A DNA stretch of 63,818 nt, filler included, from Octopus bimaculoides (lineage: Eukaryota), in the NCBI RefSeq assembly GCF_001194135.2. It is 9 parts of 6 records of this genome, joined end to end, with 100 filler letters (N's around TTAATTAATTAA, not from the genome) between each part and the next. Parts side by side here need not be neighbours in the genome. Positions count along the whole stretch, not along the records: positions 62,143 to 63,818 come from NC_068994.1; 8 more parts are not named here. The stretch is one strand, 5' to 3'. The notes beneath the pieces are model-generated. The model made no database searches. It was not told the origin of the DNA and saw only the letters and a program-made list of their open reading frames with translations. Each line of letters starts with the position of its first letter. The first letter of the stretch is position 1. Shown here in pieces: positions 62,332 through 63,818 of this stretch. Both the position numbers and the translations under genes were made by a program.

Positions 62332-63029
62332 ATTGCTACATCTACATAGATGATTTCCTTTCTCTCTCTCACTCCCTCTCTCCCTGTATACACACACACA
62401 CACATACATATATATACATCGGTGGTCACAGGTGACCATTGTCCATCTTTCTTTTCCTCACGTGACTATCTTTTTTTCCTGCACGGACGTTTAAAAGAAT
62501 GGACATATTTTTCTCCCTTCTATCTTTTCTTTTTTACGAAAAAAGGTTTCTCCCAGCTTTCATTATTTTCTTCTCGTTCTGGTCTAACGACCCTCCATGT
62601 TTATTTTAGTTCAGTTTCCTTGTATGTCTCCACTGTCATTTTTTGTTCCCAGCTTTGAGCCTCCATAAATCCTAAATTTTATTTTAGAATTTATGGGTGC
62701 AGCTGTCTTTGAAGACTCAAATTGTCAATGAATGCTCAAATAAGCAGTAAAAAGACAGCCGACAACTGACGGAGGGTCCTTTCTCTGTGTTTATTTGCCC
62801 TATTTTCCATTTTCCCCGCGTTGTTTGCGTATCGTCAATGCTACCTTCACCTTTGCTTCCTTCTTCTTTGAAATCTAATTAAATTAAAGGCACACCAGCG
62901 AAAACCACGAGTTTCCCCTTGTTTATTACATCCATATTCTTCTCCTATTTGACCTAAACTACGGTTTACCAACTGAACCACCTGCTACCGTGCAACCTTA
63001 CAAAAGAGGTGTGTGTGTGTGTGTGCATC

Positions 63030-63500
63030 CATTTGTGTGTATCCTTGTGTTTGTGTCCGTCCCTGGCTACCGATTGACATCTTGGGTTGGGTTGGTTACG
63101 TTCTCTTAACTTAGCGGTTCGGCAAGTATCAAGCTTTGAAAACTAATTAGTACTGGGGTCAATTCGGTCGACTAAAATTCTTGAAAGTGGTACCCCGTAT
63201 CGCGGCAGTCAAATGGCTGACACAAGTAAAAGATAAAAGATGTGTGTATGTGCACGCGCACGTGTGTTGTGTTTATTGTGTGTGTGTGTTGTGTTTGCGC
63301 ATGTCACTCTCTAATCGCTTGACATCCGGTCTTGGTCTTTCTTACGTTCTTGTAACTTAGCATTTTCAGTTAGAGATCGATAGAACAAGTACCAAACTTA
63401 AAAGAATAAATAAGTTCTGAGGTCGATTTCTTCGACTAAGCTCGCCAAGATTATGCCCCAGCTTGGCCGCAGTCCACTGGCTGAAACAAGTAATAAGATA
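63030..63500 (+). mobile_element. Two tandem diverged SINE family A 3' halves
   Basis: Both contain ttgacatc.., aacttagc.., ggtc.at.., gcagtc..atggctga.acaagta, and each is preceded by (TG)n. Confidence 0.65.
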
Positions 63501-63754
63501 ACATTACAAAAAAACTAATACAATATAAATGCCAAAAACAACAATAATAGAAACAGTAGCAGCAGCTGCGATTGTTTGTTCTGTCAGCTAGTTTCCGGTT
63601 TCAATGAATGTCACTTTACTTGGTAGGTTCGAATGTTTGTTTAAATATGGTGGAAATCTGCACCGAACTAATACACACAACAGATTTATCCATCTTTTCT
63701 TTGACGTCCGCCATGACTACCACAATACATTTAAACCACCAACTATTTCTCTAT

Positions 63755-63818
<64 letters not shown>

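Overview
AT-rich, microsatellite-saturated animal genomic DNA from a gappy draft assembly. It has many N runs and eight 100-nt gaps padded with the linker TTAATTAATTAA. The SINE types and TTAGGG repeats fit an octopus-like cephalopod (inference). I find no confident host protein-coding gene, rRNA, intact tRNA or CRISPR array, and nearly all listed ORFs are microsatellite or N artefacts. The window is a transposon graveyard: two tRNA-derived SINE families, four Penelope-like element (PLE) fragments, R4/Dong-, HERO-, Tx1/L1- and RTE-type LINE fragments, mariner and Tc2 pieces, several palindromic MITEs (two with telomeric-repeat cores) and a probable non-autonomous Helitron. The main signal not explained by the ORF track is a set of hammerhead ribozyme (HHR) motifs from several unrelated sequence families. 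Most have a palindromic mini-helix III and an extra A after core position A9. One sits in a composite element: tRNA-like Pol III head, (AAT)n, then HHR tail (57778-58090), which looks like a ribozyme-bearing SINE that PLEs may mobilise. All folds were worked out by eye and were not computed.
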